From: Nitrospinota bacterium
GTDB taxonomy: Bacteria; UBA8248
NCBI GenBank assembly: GCA_036231405.1
Contig: JAZAHK010000003.1
Location: forward strand, 220,416-284,415
Length of the DNA: 64,000 bases
Direction of reading: 5' to 3'
Within the stretch, counting starts at the first letter, position 1. Each line of letters begins with the position of its first letter. Positions 9,695 to 19,435 of the stretch are shown in pieces. The notes beneath the pieces are model-generated. The model had not been told where the DNA came from, ran no database searches, and was given only the letters and a program-made list of their open reading frames with translations. The position numbers and the translations under genes are program-made.

Positions 9695-10873
9695 TTAGAC
9701 TTCAGAAAAAACATTAGTACACGCAGAAAGACCAGCACCAACGTCTTCATTATAACCCATTTGCTTAAATATAACTTCAAGTGCTGAAAGAAAATAGACT
9801 ACATTAGCCTGAGTTGCGCCATGACCCATCATTCCTACACGCCAAATTTTTCCAGCTAACGGACCGAGTCCACCTCCGATTTCAATATTGAATTGATTTA
9901 AGAGAGTTTTCCTTATCGCACCATCATCCAAACCTTCAGACAAAGAAATCGTATTTAGTGTGGGCGTCCTTGCACCCTCTTTTGCAAACATAGAAAGCCC
10001 TAGAGCTTCAACACCCCTTTGCAAAGCTAAACTTGCAAGATCATGTCTCACAAAACGTTTTTCCAAACCTTCTTCAAAAATGATTCTTAAAGCTTCTCTT
10101 ATTGCATAGTTCATAGTAATCGGACCAGTATGATGATACACACGATCGTTCCCCCAATATTTTTCCACCATACTCACGTCAAAATACCAGCTTGTAACTT
10201 TGTTTTTCCTTTCACGAACTTTACCGAGAGCTCTCTCCCCAAAAGTAATAGGGGCTACTCCAGGTGGGCAGGACAAACATTTTTGTGTTCCACTATAAGC
10301 TATTTCAACTCCCCAGTTATCAATTTCAACCGGGACTCCTCCAAGAGAAGTAACACAATCTAGTAATAATAAAGCTCCTTGTTCCCTACAAATTGAGCCT
10401 ATTTCTTCCATAGATTGAAGGACTCCGGTACTAGTCTCAGCATGAACTATCCCAACTAAAGCTACTCCCGGATTTGATTTTAAGGCCTTTTCAAGATCGC
10501 TCGGGTCTATTGGTTGACCCCAAGGAGCCTCAACACGAATAACATTCGCACCAAATCGAGTTGCAACATCTGCCATCCTTTCTCCAAAAACTCCATTGAT
10601 ACAGATAATTGCTTTGTCACCATCCTCTATGACATTGCAAATTGAAGCCTCCATAGCGGCACTTCCAGTCCCAGAAACTGGAAAAGTAACCTCATTTTTT
10701 GTATTGAAAAGTTCGCGCAACATATTCTGACAATCATCCATAACCTTTAGGAAATAGGGATCTAAATGACCAATTACATGTGAACTCATTGCTTTTAAAA
10801 CACGAGGATGAACAGGACTTGGTCCAGGACCAAGAAGAAGACGCAAATCCGGATTTAATTCATCAACCAACAT
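9695..10873 (-). CDS. Class V aminotransferase (alanine-glyoxylate/serine-pyruvate type)
   Basis: Motifs LLGPGPS, VHAETSTGV, PLP lysine in SGTQKCLSCPPG, and YHHT. Confidence 0.92.
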   Translation of the reverse strand: MLVDELNPDLRLLLGPGPSPVHPRVLKAMSSHVIGHLDPYFLKVMDDCQNMLRELFNTKNEVTFPVSGTGSAAMEASICNVIEDGDKAIICINGVFGERMADVATRFGANVIRVEAPWGQPIDPSDLEKALKSNPGVALVGIVHAETSTGVLQSMEEIGSICREQGALLLLDCVTSLGGVPVEIDNWGVEIAYSGTQKCLSCPPGVAPITFGERALGKVRERKNKVTSWYFDVSMVEKYWGNDRVYHHTGPITMNYAIREALRIIFEEGLEKRFVRHDLASLALQRGVEALGLSMFAKEGARTPTLNTISLSEGLDDGAIRKTLLNQFNIEIGGGLGPLAGKIWRVGMMGHGATQANVVYFLSALEVIFKQMGYNEDVGAGLSACTNVFSEV

Positions 10874-11194
10874 AACTACCTCTCAATTAAGGGCGACGGG
10901 CACCCACAAAAAAGTAAAACTAGATAAAATGTTTAAAATACAATATTTTCGGATAGTATCATAAAGAACAAAAAATTTTAAAATATTGTACAGATAAAAT
11001 CAGAACAAAAATATGTAAATTTTGAAATTAGATTGACTTTATATAAGCCAGAGACAAAAATTAGGATTATTTTCTTAAGGAAATTTTAAATCGATACCTT
11101 GTAATTAGTGCTATCAAGGTCTCCTTGCAATGAATAATATAAATTTTTTAAAAATTTACTCTTATACTTCAATCTAGTAGTGAGGACTAATTCA

Positions 11195-12871
11195 ATGCCA
11201 AAAATGACAGGCGCACAATATCTTGCCGAAGCGCTAAAAGCTTATGAAGTTACACATTTATTTCATGTTCCAGCAATTCTTAGAAAAACTATGGTAGAGC
11301 TGGAAGAAAGAACTCTAATTAATAGAGTACGTAGTCATGGAGAGAAGTCCGCAGCGTATATGGCAGACGGATATGCTAGAGCAACAGGCAAACCTGGAAT
11401 ATGTGCTGCCCAAGTAATCGGGGCAATGAACCTGGCAGCGGGATTGCGTGATGCTTTTTTAGCAAGGTCCCCTATCATTGCTTTTACCGGAGGAAGACTT
11501 CCAGAAACAAAATTTAGGCAAGTATATCAAGAAATAGATGATGTCCCAACTTTTGATCCTGTAACAAAATTTAATGCCACAATAGACGATGTATCTAGAA
11601 TTCCCGATATGTTAAACCAAGCCTTCCGCAGCGCTACTTCGGGTTCTCCTGGACCAGTACATTTACAATTTGCAGGAAATGAGGGGCAACTGGATCAACA
11701 AGAAGCTGATATGACATTACAAGTCGATAAAAACTGTATAAAACTACCTCCACACAGGCCAGTTGCTGATCCAGACAGTATTTCTGCCGCTGCAGAAATA
11801 CTCGGAAATTGCGAAAAACCTGTTATGGTAGTTGGAGGTGGGGCTAAATCTTCAAAGGCATCTAAAGAAATTTTACTCCTTGCGGAAAAACTAAATATCC
11901 CAGTCGTAACTTCATTGAACGGAAAGGATGTCTTCCCTTCTACACATAGTCTTTCAGCTGGGGTAGTAGGAACATACTCAAGGGAAAGCGCGAATAAAAC
12001 GGTTCTTGAGTCAGACTTAGTTTTCTTTATAGGAACTCAAGCTGGTGGTATGACTACTCACTTTTGGGCAGTCCCTCCAATTGGAAAATCTGCAATTCAA
12101 CTAGATATTGATCCAGAGGCTCTCGGAAGAAATTATCCTCTTAAGGTTGCTCTAAACGGAGATGTGAAAGCAACCCTACAAAAATTAATTGATGTTTGCG
12201 ACCCTTCTTCTGCAAACAAAAGAGACTCCTGGGTAAAAACAGTGAAAAGAATAGTTAAAGAATATTACGGCACCTACTCTGAACTCATGAATTCTGAAGA
12301 TGTTCCAATGAGACCAGAAAGAATTTGCAAAGAAATGACAGATCATCTTCCATCAGACGCTATGGTTGTTGTCGATACAGGACATTCTGGAATGTGGATG
12401 GGCGGAATGTATGACCTAAGAGAAACTACACAAAATTATATGAGAAGCGCTGGACATCTAGGTTGGGCCTTTCCTGCTGCGCTAGGTGCAAAATGTGGCG
12501 TCCCAGACAGACCTGTTATTTGTTTCACCGGAGATTCGGGCCTTTGGTATCACATTGGAGATATAGAAACGGCAGTACGTTGGAATATTAACGCAGTTAT
12601 CCTTGTAAACAATAACCACTCTGGAAATCAATCTAAAAGAGGATTTGATAGAATCTACGGTGGAGAACAAACAGAAAAAGCATTTGAACTTTGGGGTCTA
12701 AGTAAAGTCAATTTTGCTAAAATTGCAGAAGACATGGGAGCATTAGGAATTCGGGTCGAAAAACCAGGAGAACTGAAAAGTGCATTTGACCAAGCATTTT
12801 CAGCAAATCGTCCTGTAGTCTTAGATGTAGTCAGTGAAATTAATGCTTTAGCTCCATTAGCACATAGTTAA
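11195..12871 (+). CDS. ThDP-dependent enzyme, acetolactate synthase-like family
   Basis: HGEKSAAYMADGYARATG, GPVHL and the ThDP motif GDSG...NN. ATG at 11195 follows GAGG; the track start is 11180. Confidence 0.88.
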   Translation: MPKMTGAQYLAEALKAYEVTHLFHVPAILRKTMVELEERTLINRVRSHGEKSAAYMADGYARATGKPGICAAQVIGAMNLAAGLRDAFLARSPIIAFTGGRLPETKFRQVYQEIDDVPTFDPVTKFNATIDDVSRIPDMLNQAFRSATSGSPGPVHLQFAGNEGQLDQQEADMTLQVDKNCIKLPPHRPVADPDSISAAAEILGNCEKPVMVVGGGAKSSKASKEILLLAEKLNIPVVTSLNGKDVFPSTHSLSAGVVGTYSRESANKTVLESDLVFFIGTQAGGMTTHFWAVPPIGKSAIQLDIDPEALGRNYPLKVALNGDVKATLQKLIDVCDPSSANKRDSWVKTVKRIVKEYYGTYSELMNSEDVPMRPERICKEMTDHLPSDAMVVVDTGHSGMWMGGMYDLRETTQNYMRSAGHLGWAFPAALGAKCGVPDRPVICFTGDSGLWYHIGDIETAVRWNINAVILVNNNHSGNQSKRGFDRIYGGEQTEKAFELWGLSKVNFAKIAEDMGALGIRVEKPGELKSAFDQAFSANRPVVLDVVSEINALAPLAHS

Positions 12872-12882
12872 AACTAAAGAAT

Positions 12883-13080
12883 TCAGTTTTCATCTAAAAT
12901 GATACCTTCGTAATCTGGGATGGCTCCTTTCCCCTTTTTCGCAGCAAGTGGTTTTCTCTTAAATTCTATAACGAGAGTGTTTTTTTGATTAAAAGCTCTT
13001 GTCATTATTGTAACAATTCCACGATCTAATTTCGTTCTTGACTCCCTTTTCTCAATTATTTCTGATTCGGCATATATTGT
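12883..13080 (-). pseudogene. MaoC-family (hotdog) dehydratase C-terminal remnant
   Basis: TIYAESEIIEKRESRTKLDRGIVTIMTRAFNQKNTLVIEFKR matches the C-terminal half of MaoC. The N-terminal half and a proper start are missing; the fragment begins a few nt after the acyl-CoA dehydrogenase stop. Confidence 0.65.
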
Positions 13081-13087
13081 CCTATGT

Positions 13088-14239
13088 CTAGACTGGAAAA
13101 CGCTCAAGCAAACGTCGAGCAATAATAATCCTTTGTATTTCGTTAGAACCTTCTCCGACTGTTAGAAGTTTACAGTCACGAAAATAGCGTTCAACTGGCA
13201 ACTCTTGAATAAATCCCATTCCCCCGTGTATCTGAATAGCCTCACTTGCGCAAAATTCAGCCGTCTCTGAAGCGAAAAGTTTTGCCATGCCTGCTTCGAG
13301 ATCACAACGCTTATTATCACTTTTTAAATTAGCTGCTTGATAAGTCATTAATTTTGATGCATGGATACGAGTCGCCATTTCGGATAATTTTGATTGAATC
13401 AATTGATGATGTGCAATAGGTTTCCCAAACGTCTCTCTTTGTTGTGCATATTTAACAGAGTCTTCAAAAGCAGCTCTTGCCAAACCAACACTTCTCGCAG
13501 CTACATTGATTCGACCCCCTTCTAAGGCACTCATTATCATAGGAAAACCTTCATTCTCCTTCCCAAGAAGGTTCTCAAGCGGTACTCTTGTATCTTCAAA
13601 AATTAATTCGCTTGTTCTAAGACCACGATATCCCATTTTTTTTAGATGTCGACTCACCTCAAATCCAGGACTTCCTTTATGCACAAGAATTCCTGATATT
13701 CCCTTTGCTTTTGGTAGTTCAGGATCGGTTCGAACCAAAACACAAAACATATTCGCATGCTCAGCATTCGACGTCCACATTTTTGTTCCATTAATCACCC
13801 ATTGATCTTCTTCTTTTTTCCCTTGAGTTCTAAGAGCAGCAGCGTCGGAACCTGATCCAGGCTCACTTAACGCCATGCCTGAATGCCATTCGCCTGTTGA
13901 CATTTTGGGTAAATAATTTTTCCTTTGTTCATCCGATCCATAATGTAAAATCATCCAAGAAGTCATCATATGTGTACCAAGAATTCCCGCAACACTCATC
14001 CAGCCTACAGAAAGTTCTTCCATAGCAATTGCGTAGCAGACTTCGTCCATTCCACCTCCACCATATTCTTCTGGGATTGTTAGCCCGAAAAATCCTAACT
14101 CCTGCATTTTTTCAACGATACCAATGGGATAACGATCCTCAAGTTCATATTCCATTGCCACAGGTTTGATTTCGCGATCAACAAATTCTTTAATCATTTT
14201 TTGTACACTTGTTTGCAATTCATTAAATTCAAAATCCAT
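13088..14239 (-). CDS. Acyl-CoA dehydrogenase
   Basis: Motifs ALSEPGSGSD, NGTKMWTSN, RETFGKPI, QIHGGMG and catalytic GEGSNEIQR. Confidence 0.95.
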   Translation of the reverse strand: MDFEFNELQTSVQKMIKEFVDREIKPVAMEYELEDRYPIGIVEKMQELGFFGLTIPEEYGGGGMDEVCYAIAMEELSVGWMSVAGILGTHMMTSWMILHYGSDEQRKNYLPKMSTGEWHSGMALSEPGSGSDAAALRTQGKKEEDQWVINGTKMWTSNAEHANMFCVLVRTDPELPKAKGISGILVHKGSPGFEVSRHLKKMGYRGLRTSELIFEDTRVPLENLLGKENEGFPMIMSALEGGRINVAARSVGLARAAFEDSVKYAQQRETFGKPIAHHQLIQSKLSEMATRIHASKLMTYQAANLKSDNKRCDLEAGMAKLFASETAEFCASEAIQIHGGMGFIQELPVERYFRDCKLLTVGEGSNEIQRIIIARRLLERFPV

Positions 14240-14284
14240 TTCATACTCTCCAGTAATAATGAAACTATGAAAAATTCAACAGAA

Positions 14285-15463
14285 TTAAATTATTCCTTCT
14301 TCTTTATATTTTTCAATGTCTTTTTTCGAAATCCCTAAATTCTCTAGGATAATATCCGTATGTTCTCCCAAAACAGGAGGATGTTCCAATCGAGGCAAAA
14401 TATTATTAAATGAAACAGGAAATCTACACATCTTTACATTCCCATATTTCCCGCTGACTTCTTTAAAAATTTCTCTAGAAATTGCTTGAGGATGATTACA
14501 TACTTCATCAAGACTGTTAACGCAACCGCAGGGGACACCAAACTCAAGAAAAATTTTTCTCCAATCTTCACGTTCCTTCGTTTTCAAAACCGGTAGAAAA
14601 ACTTCTAATAATGCGTCTATATTTTTATATCTATTAGAATTCGATGAAAAACGTGAGTCCTTAATCCATTCCTCATGATCTAGAGCTCTAGCAAAATTAT
14701 GCCAAGTTGCCTCACTTGCACAAGCTATCGCAATCAATTTGTCGTGTTTTGCAGGATATGCGCCGTAAGGTGCAAGCAAATGATGCCCAGTTCCTATTCG
14801 TTCTGGCATATAGTTGTCTTCAAAAAAATGGAGAGGAAAATACCCAAGCATACTTACCATGCAATCAAACATTGAAACATCTATTTCTTGTCCTAGACCA
14901 TCCTTATCCCTTTGTTTAAGAGCCATCATACAACTCAATGCGACAAATAATCCTGTAACACCATCACAAATAGAAAGTGCCATTTTTGCAGGTTCTTCTT
15001 TCGAACCTGTCATTTCAATAATTCCTGTTTCTGCTTGAATGAGGCCATCAAAAGCTTTCATACTTTTATAAGGTCCATCCTGTCCATATCCGGAAGTGTG
15101 AACATAAATAATATCTTTCTTCATTGCCTTAACATTTTCATAATTGTATCCAAGCCTATCTATTGATCCTGGGCTAAAATTTTCCAAGAAAATATCAGCA
15201 TCTAGAATCAACTTATTTAGGATTTCTTTTCCATTCTTATCTTTTAAATTAAGAGTAAGACTCTTCTTGTTTGGATTAACCCAAAAGTGAACAGAACCCT
15301 CACCATTTACAACGTTATCCCAATGACGAACCATATCCCCTTTTTCGGGAACTTCAATCTTGATAACCTCCGCACCAAAATCCGCAAGATGACGAAGTCC
15401 AATAGGGCCACTTATGGAAACACCAAGTGAAACTATTTTAATTCCTTCAAGAGGAAGCGACAT
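14285..15463 (-). CDS. CaiB/BaiF family III CoA-transferase
   Basis: Motifs LADFGAEVIKIE, NKKSLTLNLK, ENFSPG, SGYGQDGP and PPVLGEHT. Confidence 0.93.
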   Translation of the reverse strand: MSLPLEGIKIVSLGVSISGPIGLRHLADFGAEVIKIEVPEKGDMVRHWDNVVNGEGSVHFWVNPNKKSLTLNLKDKNGKEILNKLILDADIFLENFSPGSIDRLGYNYENVKAMKKDIIYVHTSGYGQDGPYKSMKAFDGLIQAETGIIEMTGSKEEPAKMALSICDGVTGLFVALSCMMALKQRDKDGLGQEIDVSMFDCMVSMLGYFPLHFFEDNYMPERIGTGHHLLAPYGAYPAKHDKLIAIACASEATWHNFARALDHEEWIKDSRFSSNSNRYKNIDALLEVFLPVLKTKEREDWRKIFLEFGVPCGCVNSLDEVCNHPQAISREIFKEVSGKYGNVKMCRFPVSFNNILPRLEHPPVLGEHTDIILENLGISKKDIEKYKEEGII

Positions 15464-15497
15464 ATCGATTCTTTCCTTTAAAAAGTTAATTTCGATT

Positions 15498-15833
15498 TTA
15501 AATCTTTCTCAAATACTCTTGAAAATCAAAAGTCAGGAAAGACAAGAACTTTAAAGTTAAATCTAACGCAATAAATTCTAAGTCCTCTTCATCATCCGAA
15601 ATTTCATCTTTTAACTCTTCAAAAACTTGAAAAATCTTTTTCACATTATCACTTATAGGTGACTCACTAATCTTATTGGTTGGTTGAATATCTTTTTCAA
15701 TGAAATTAGCAAAGGAATTGACCTCGTAGGAAACAAAACAAAAAACATGATAGACCGCCTGTTCAATCTCTTCCTCTCCTTTGCAATCCTTCCTTAAGTC
15801 GTTTAATTTTGCAAGTATTGATTCTACTTTCAC
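15498..15833 (-). CDS. Hypothetical acidic protein with a two-fold internal repeat
   Basis: 111-aa ORF with a GTG start after GAGG; the two halves have similar residue patterns. Confidence 0.7.
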   Translation of the reverse strand: MKVESILAKLNDLRKDCKGEEEIEQAVYHVFCFVSYEVNSFANFIEKDIQPTNKISESPISDNVKKIFQVFEELKDEISDDEEDLEFIALDLTLKFLSFLTFDFQEYLRKI

Positions 15834-15970
15834 TTGATGTCCTCATTTTTTACTTTTAAAATACCTAAAAAACATTATTCTAATAAAATAGATTATAATG
15901 TTGCTGTTTTATCTTTGCGAGGCTTCACCTTTAAAGAGTGTCAAAAATTTACATACAACAGGATTGAATC

Positions 15971-16774
15971 ATGAATAATACAGACCTAGTTTCCTACGAA
16001 CAAAATCTTAATAAATTTTTGAGATTAAATACATTTCCTGTGGCCATTAAATTCTTGAAAAACTTTGAAGAGATTCCAGATAGAACGAAAAGACCTATGA
16101 AAGATTTCAAAAATCAATTCACGACTTGCCAAGCAATTGGTATGGCTAGGAAATATGGTTGGGTAATCGCTCTTGGAAAGGAAGATAGTAGTTGTATTCT
16201 TGGAGCTATGGCCCTTGGATTAGAAAAGAAATTAGATCACTACACAGAAGGAAATTTATGTATAAATTTATATACAGAAAACCTGAATGCAGGCCGTATA
16301 AGCGAAGAAAGTGTCCCAAGACTTAATGAAAACGAATACGTCGGAGTTATTGTTGGACCCCTTAACCGAACAACTTTTATCCCTGACTGTATCGTAGTAT
16401 ATGGGAATAGCGCACAAATTATGAGATTAGGGCAAGCTTGGCTTTGGAAAAGAGGCGGAACTATGAATAGCGAGTTTAGAGGTAGGGTTGATTGTGCTGA
16501 CATAGCAATTGCTCCATTTATTTCTAGAAAACCTCAGATGATAGTTCCCTGCACTGGAGATAGGATTTTTGGGCAAGTACAAGATCATGAAGTAGCTTTT
16601 AGTTTCCCATTCGAATTGAGTGATGAAATAATGGAAGGATTGGAAGGAACACACAAAGCTGGTGGCGCTAGATATCCAGTCACAAACTGGATGAATTATA
16701 CAGGCAATTTTCCAAGTTCATACGAAAACTACAAAGAAATGATTCAAAAAGAAGAGAATGACGAAAAAATCTAA
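15971..16774 (+). CDS. DUF169 family protein
   Basis: Motifs [40 protein letters not shown] and PCTGDR. Confidence 0.8.
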   Translation: MNNTDLVSYEQNLNKFLRLNTFPVAIKFLKNFEEIPDRTKRPMKDFKNQFTTCQAIGMARKYGWVIALGKEDSSCILGAMALGLEKKLDHYTEGNLCINLYTENLNAGRISEESVPRLNENEYVGVIVGPLNRTTFIPDCIVVYGNSAQIMRLGQAWLWKRGGTMNSEFRGRVDCADIAIAPFISRKPQMIVPCTGDRIFGQVQDHEVAFSFPFELSDEIMEGLEGTHKAGGARYPVTNWMNYTGNFPSSYENYKEMIQKEENDEKI

Positions 16775-17028
16775 ACCTTAACTCCGGTATTACGTAACTC
16801 TGATAAGACCTTTGAGATTCCTTTTTTTGCGATTGTTCTAATGCCGCGGGCAGAAACTTTTAAGGTTACCCATCTGTTTTCTTCTGCAACCCAAAATCTC
16901 TTTTTATGTATATTAGAATTGAATCTTCTTCTAGTTTTCTTGTTTGAATGGCTCACATTGTTACCAAACATCACACTTTTACCTGTTACTATACATCGAT
17001 TGTGAGAAAGGGTCTTAATCTTAGGCAT
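16771..17028 (-). CDS. rpmB: 50S ribosomal protein L28
   Basis: [21 protein letters not shown] and [11 protein letters not shown]. Confidence 0.96.
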   Translation of the reverse strand: MPKIKTLSHNRCIVTGKSVMFGNNVSHSNKKTRRRFNSNIHKKRFWVAEENRWVTLKVSARGIRTIAKKGISKVLSELRNTGVKV

Positions 17029-17029
17029 A

Positions 17030-17179
17030 TTATTTCACCTCACGAAACAGAACATGTTTTCTGCAAAAACTACAATACTTCTTAAACTCCAGTCTGTCAG
17101 GAGTTGTTCTCTTATTCTTTGTAGAAGCGTATCTTATTTTCTCGCAATCTACACACTCAAGTAGAATTTTATCTCTCAT
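17030..17179 (-). CDS. rpmG: 50S ribosomal protein L33, zinc-ribbon (C+) form; absent from the ORF track
   Basis: Manual translation [52 protein letters not shown] at 17032-17030. Confidence 0.95.
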   Translation of the reverse strand: MRDKILLECVDCEKIRYASTKNKRTTPDRLEFKKYCSFCRKHVLFREVK

Positions 17180-17262
17180 GATACAAAAACCTTCCGCTAA
17201 GAAACGCTCACACCGAAAAAACGTGAAAGATACATCAAGTTTGAGATAAAACGCAAGTAGGA

Positions 17263-18252
17263 TTAACTCGGTTTTTTCAAAAATCCGTCGACAGGTAGTT
17301 CCGTCCCTAAGTTTTGTTCCTTAGCAAGCTTGAAAAGTTCTGAGCCAAGAGCAACATCCTCAGAAGCAACTCCTTGACTTAAAAATAAATTTATTTCTTC
17401 TTCAGAAGATCTTCCTGACATTGTACCACTTGCCAATAATCCTATTTCAACCACCTGCCCCCAATTAATTATCTTTGAGTTTACAGCCCCAACTAAATCA
17501 CCACTTTCAAAAGTAGCGCCTTCTATATTATCGGTAACTATACGACCACGTGAAGCCTTTCTGAATGTTTCATCATCAATCTCTCGATTAGAAATGCGAT
17601 TCGACCCAGCTGCAATAATTGTTGAACCTGGTTCAATATGTTTTCCCTCAAAAACAGGATCACTGGCATTAGTCATCGTACAAATTATTTTTGAACCACG
17701 CACTGCCTTTGATGGATCATCGACAGCAATTAGTTCAGGATTCACTTTTTTTTGCATTCTACTAATAAACGCATCTCTTTTATCCTTATTACGACTATAA
17801 ATTTTGACTCTTTTAATTTCTCTAGCCAGACAAATCGCCTCAAGTTGTGTACCTGCTTGCCTACCAGTACCAATCAAACAGGCTTCTTCTATCAACTCAT
17901 TTGACATATACTTTGCAGCAACACCACTTGCAGCACCAGTTCTAAGTTGTCCAAGTAAGTTGGCTTCCATTAAGGCAAGAAGTTCTGAACTACTTGCATC
18001 CCATAGTAGAAAAATGAAACGTACACCTATCCCAGGAAAAGCAGTGTAAGTTTTTAAGCCTAAATACCCCTCATTTTCTCGGATCAAACTTGCAAACATT
18101 ACGTGCATCATCCCCTCAGGAACATATATTCTTCTTCTAGGTTGGTTTGTTGCCTTTCCTTTCCCCTGTAATTTAAAACATTCATCAACCACCCTCATCA
18201 CATCGGGCATTGTAACGAGCGATTCTATTTCGTTTTCGTTCAAATAGAGCAT
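17263..18252 (-). CDS. Ornithine cyclodeaminase/mu-crystallin family protein
   Basis: Motifs GQLRTGAASGVAAKY, IGTGRQA, AAGSN and SQGVASED. Confidence 0.9.
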   Translation of the reverse strand: MLYLNENEIESLVTMPDVMRVVDECFKLQGKGKATNQPRRRIYVPEGMMHVMFASLIRENEGYLGLKTYTAFPGIGVRFIFLLWDASSSELLALMEANLLGQLRTGAASGVAAKYMSNELIEEACLIGTGRQAGTQLEAICLAREIKRVKIYSRNKDKRDAFISRMQKKVNPELIAVDDPSKAVRGSKIICTMTNASDPVFEGKHIEPGSTIIAAGSNRISNREIDDETFRKASRGRIVTDNIEGATFESGDLVGAVNSKIINWGQVVEIGLLASGTMSGRSSEEEINLFLSQGVASEDVALGSELFKLAKEQNLGTELPVDGFLKKPS

Positions 18253-18294
18253 CTAAAAACTCCTTTACTCATCTGTCAATTAATAGATAAAATT

Positions 18295-19401
18295 CTATAC
18301 TCGAAATTCTTCTATCTTATTCATATCTATTGAAACCCCGAGACCCGGCGAACTTGGAACGCTGATTTCTCCATTATCAATTTCTAGAGGAAGATTGACC
18401 ACATCATCAATCATTTTATATGGACCCACAGATTCAATCGCACTTAATACGGATTTGGAAGTGGAAGCAAGATGAATCTCGGCAATAGTCTGAGGAGTAA
18501 GACCAAATCCATGACCAATCACAATCTCCAAACCTGCCCCTTCAAGCATACTGATCATTTCCCTTACTTTAAAAACTGAACCTTGCTTCATGATTTTGAG
18601 TTTAACGATATCAGCAGCTTCTCGCTTGACAACTTCAAACAAGCTACAATAGTCGGTGACACATTCATCTGCCATAATTGGAATCTCTACAGAGCGTCTA
18701 AGTTCTGCCATATCGTCTAATTTTTTTCTATCAAAAGGTTGTTCAAAAAGCCGAATATTAGCACTGGAAACTTCTTTAATAAAATTTTGAGCATCTTGAA
18801 TACTTCTATATGACTCATTAGCGTCTACTCTGATTTCAAAATCTTTGCCGCCACCTTCTCGAACAGCCAAAACCCTTTCTATATCACTACTTACTCCTCC
18901 GTTCAGTTTTACCTTGCATGCTCTCCAACCTTTTTGTCTAAATTTTTTAGCCTCTAGAGATGCGTCTTCATTAGAAAGAACGCCAATCCATGCATTAAAA
19001 AAAACTTTTTCAACTACAGAACCTCCCAATAACTCAGAAAGAGAAACACCTAATGATTTAGCATGTATATCTGTCAACGCAAGCGTAATAGCAGATTTAC
19101 CTTCCCATAACCCATAAAGAGCAGAATCTAGATTATAAGAAATCCTTCTAAAGTTCCGTGGATCCTCCCCAATCAAGATGGGAGATAGATTTTTTTCAAC
19201 GATTTCCGCAATATCGTTTCGATTTAATTTTGTATAACCCTCAGTTGGTTCAATATCACCAATTCCATCTAAGCCATTGTCTGTCTTTACGTGTACAACC
19301 ATCCCTTCTTGTATATTATGATTATGCCTTGCATTACGAAAAAAACCTTTCATCGGCATATCTATTTTGTACACATCGATAGAGGAAATTTTCATTTTCA
19401 A
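18295..19401 (-). CDS. Enolase-superfamily enzyme (muconate cycloisomerase/dipeptide epimerase-like)
   Basis: KxK motif (CKVKL), metal ligands in DANE, EQP and ADE, KLKIMK, and PGLGV. Confidence 0.88.
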   Translation of the reverse strand: MKMKISSIDVYKIDMPMKGFFRNARHNHNIQEGMVVHVKTDNGLDGIGDIEPTEGYTKLNRNDIAEIVEKNLSPILIGEDPRNFRRISYNLDSALYGLWEGKSAITLALTDIHAKSLGVSLSELLGGSVVEKVFFNAWIGVLSNEDASLEAKKFRQKGWRACKVKLNGGVSSDIERVLAVREGGGKDFEIRVDANESYRSIQDAQNFIKEVSSANIRLFEQPFDRKKLDDMAELRRSVEIPIMADECVTDYCSLFEVVKREAADIVKLKIMKQGSVFKVREMISMLEGAGLEIVIGHGFGLTPQTIAEIHLASTSKSVLSAIESVGPYKMIDDVVNLPLEIDNGEISVPSSPGLGVSIDMNKIEEFRV

Positions 19402-19435
19402 ACTCTTAAATTAAGAAAAAGAAAGATAAATAAGA

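Noticed and set aside
10874-11194. TPP riboswitch upstream of the ThDP enzyme
   Set aside because: Only a weak ACCTTG/CAAGGT hairpin is present; the conserved GCTGAGA and CCTGA core motifs are absent.
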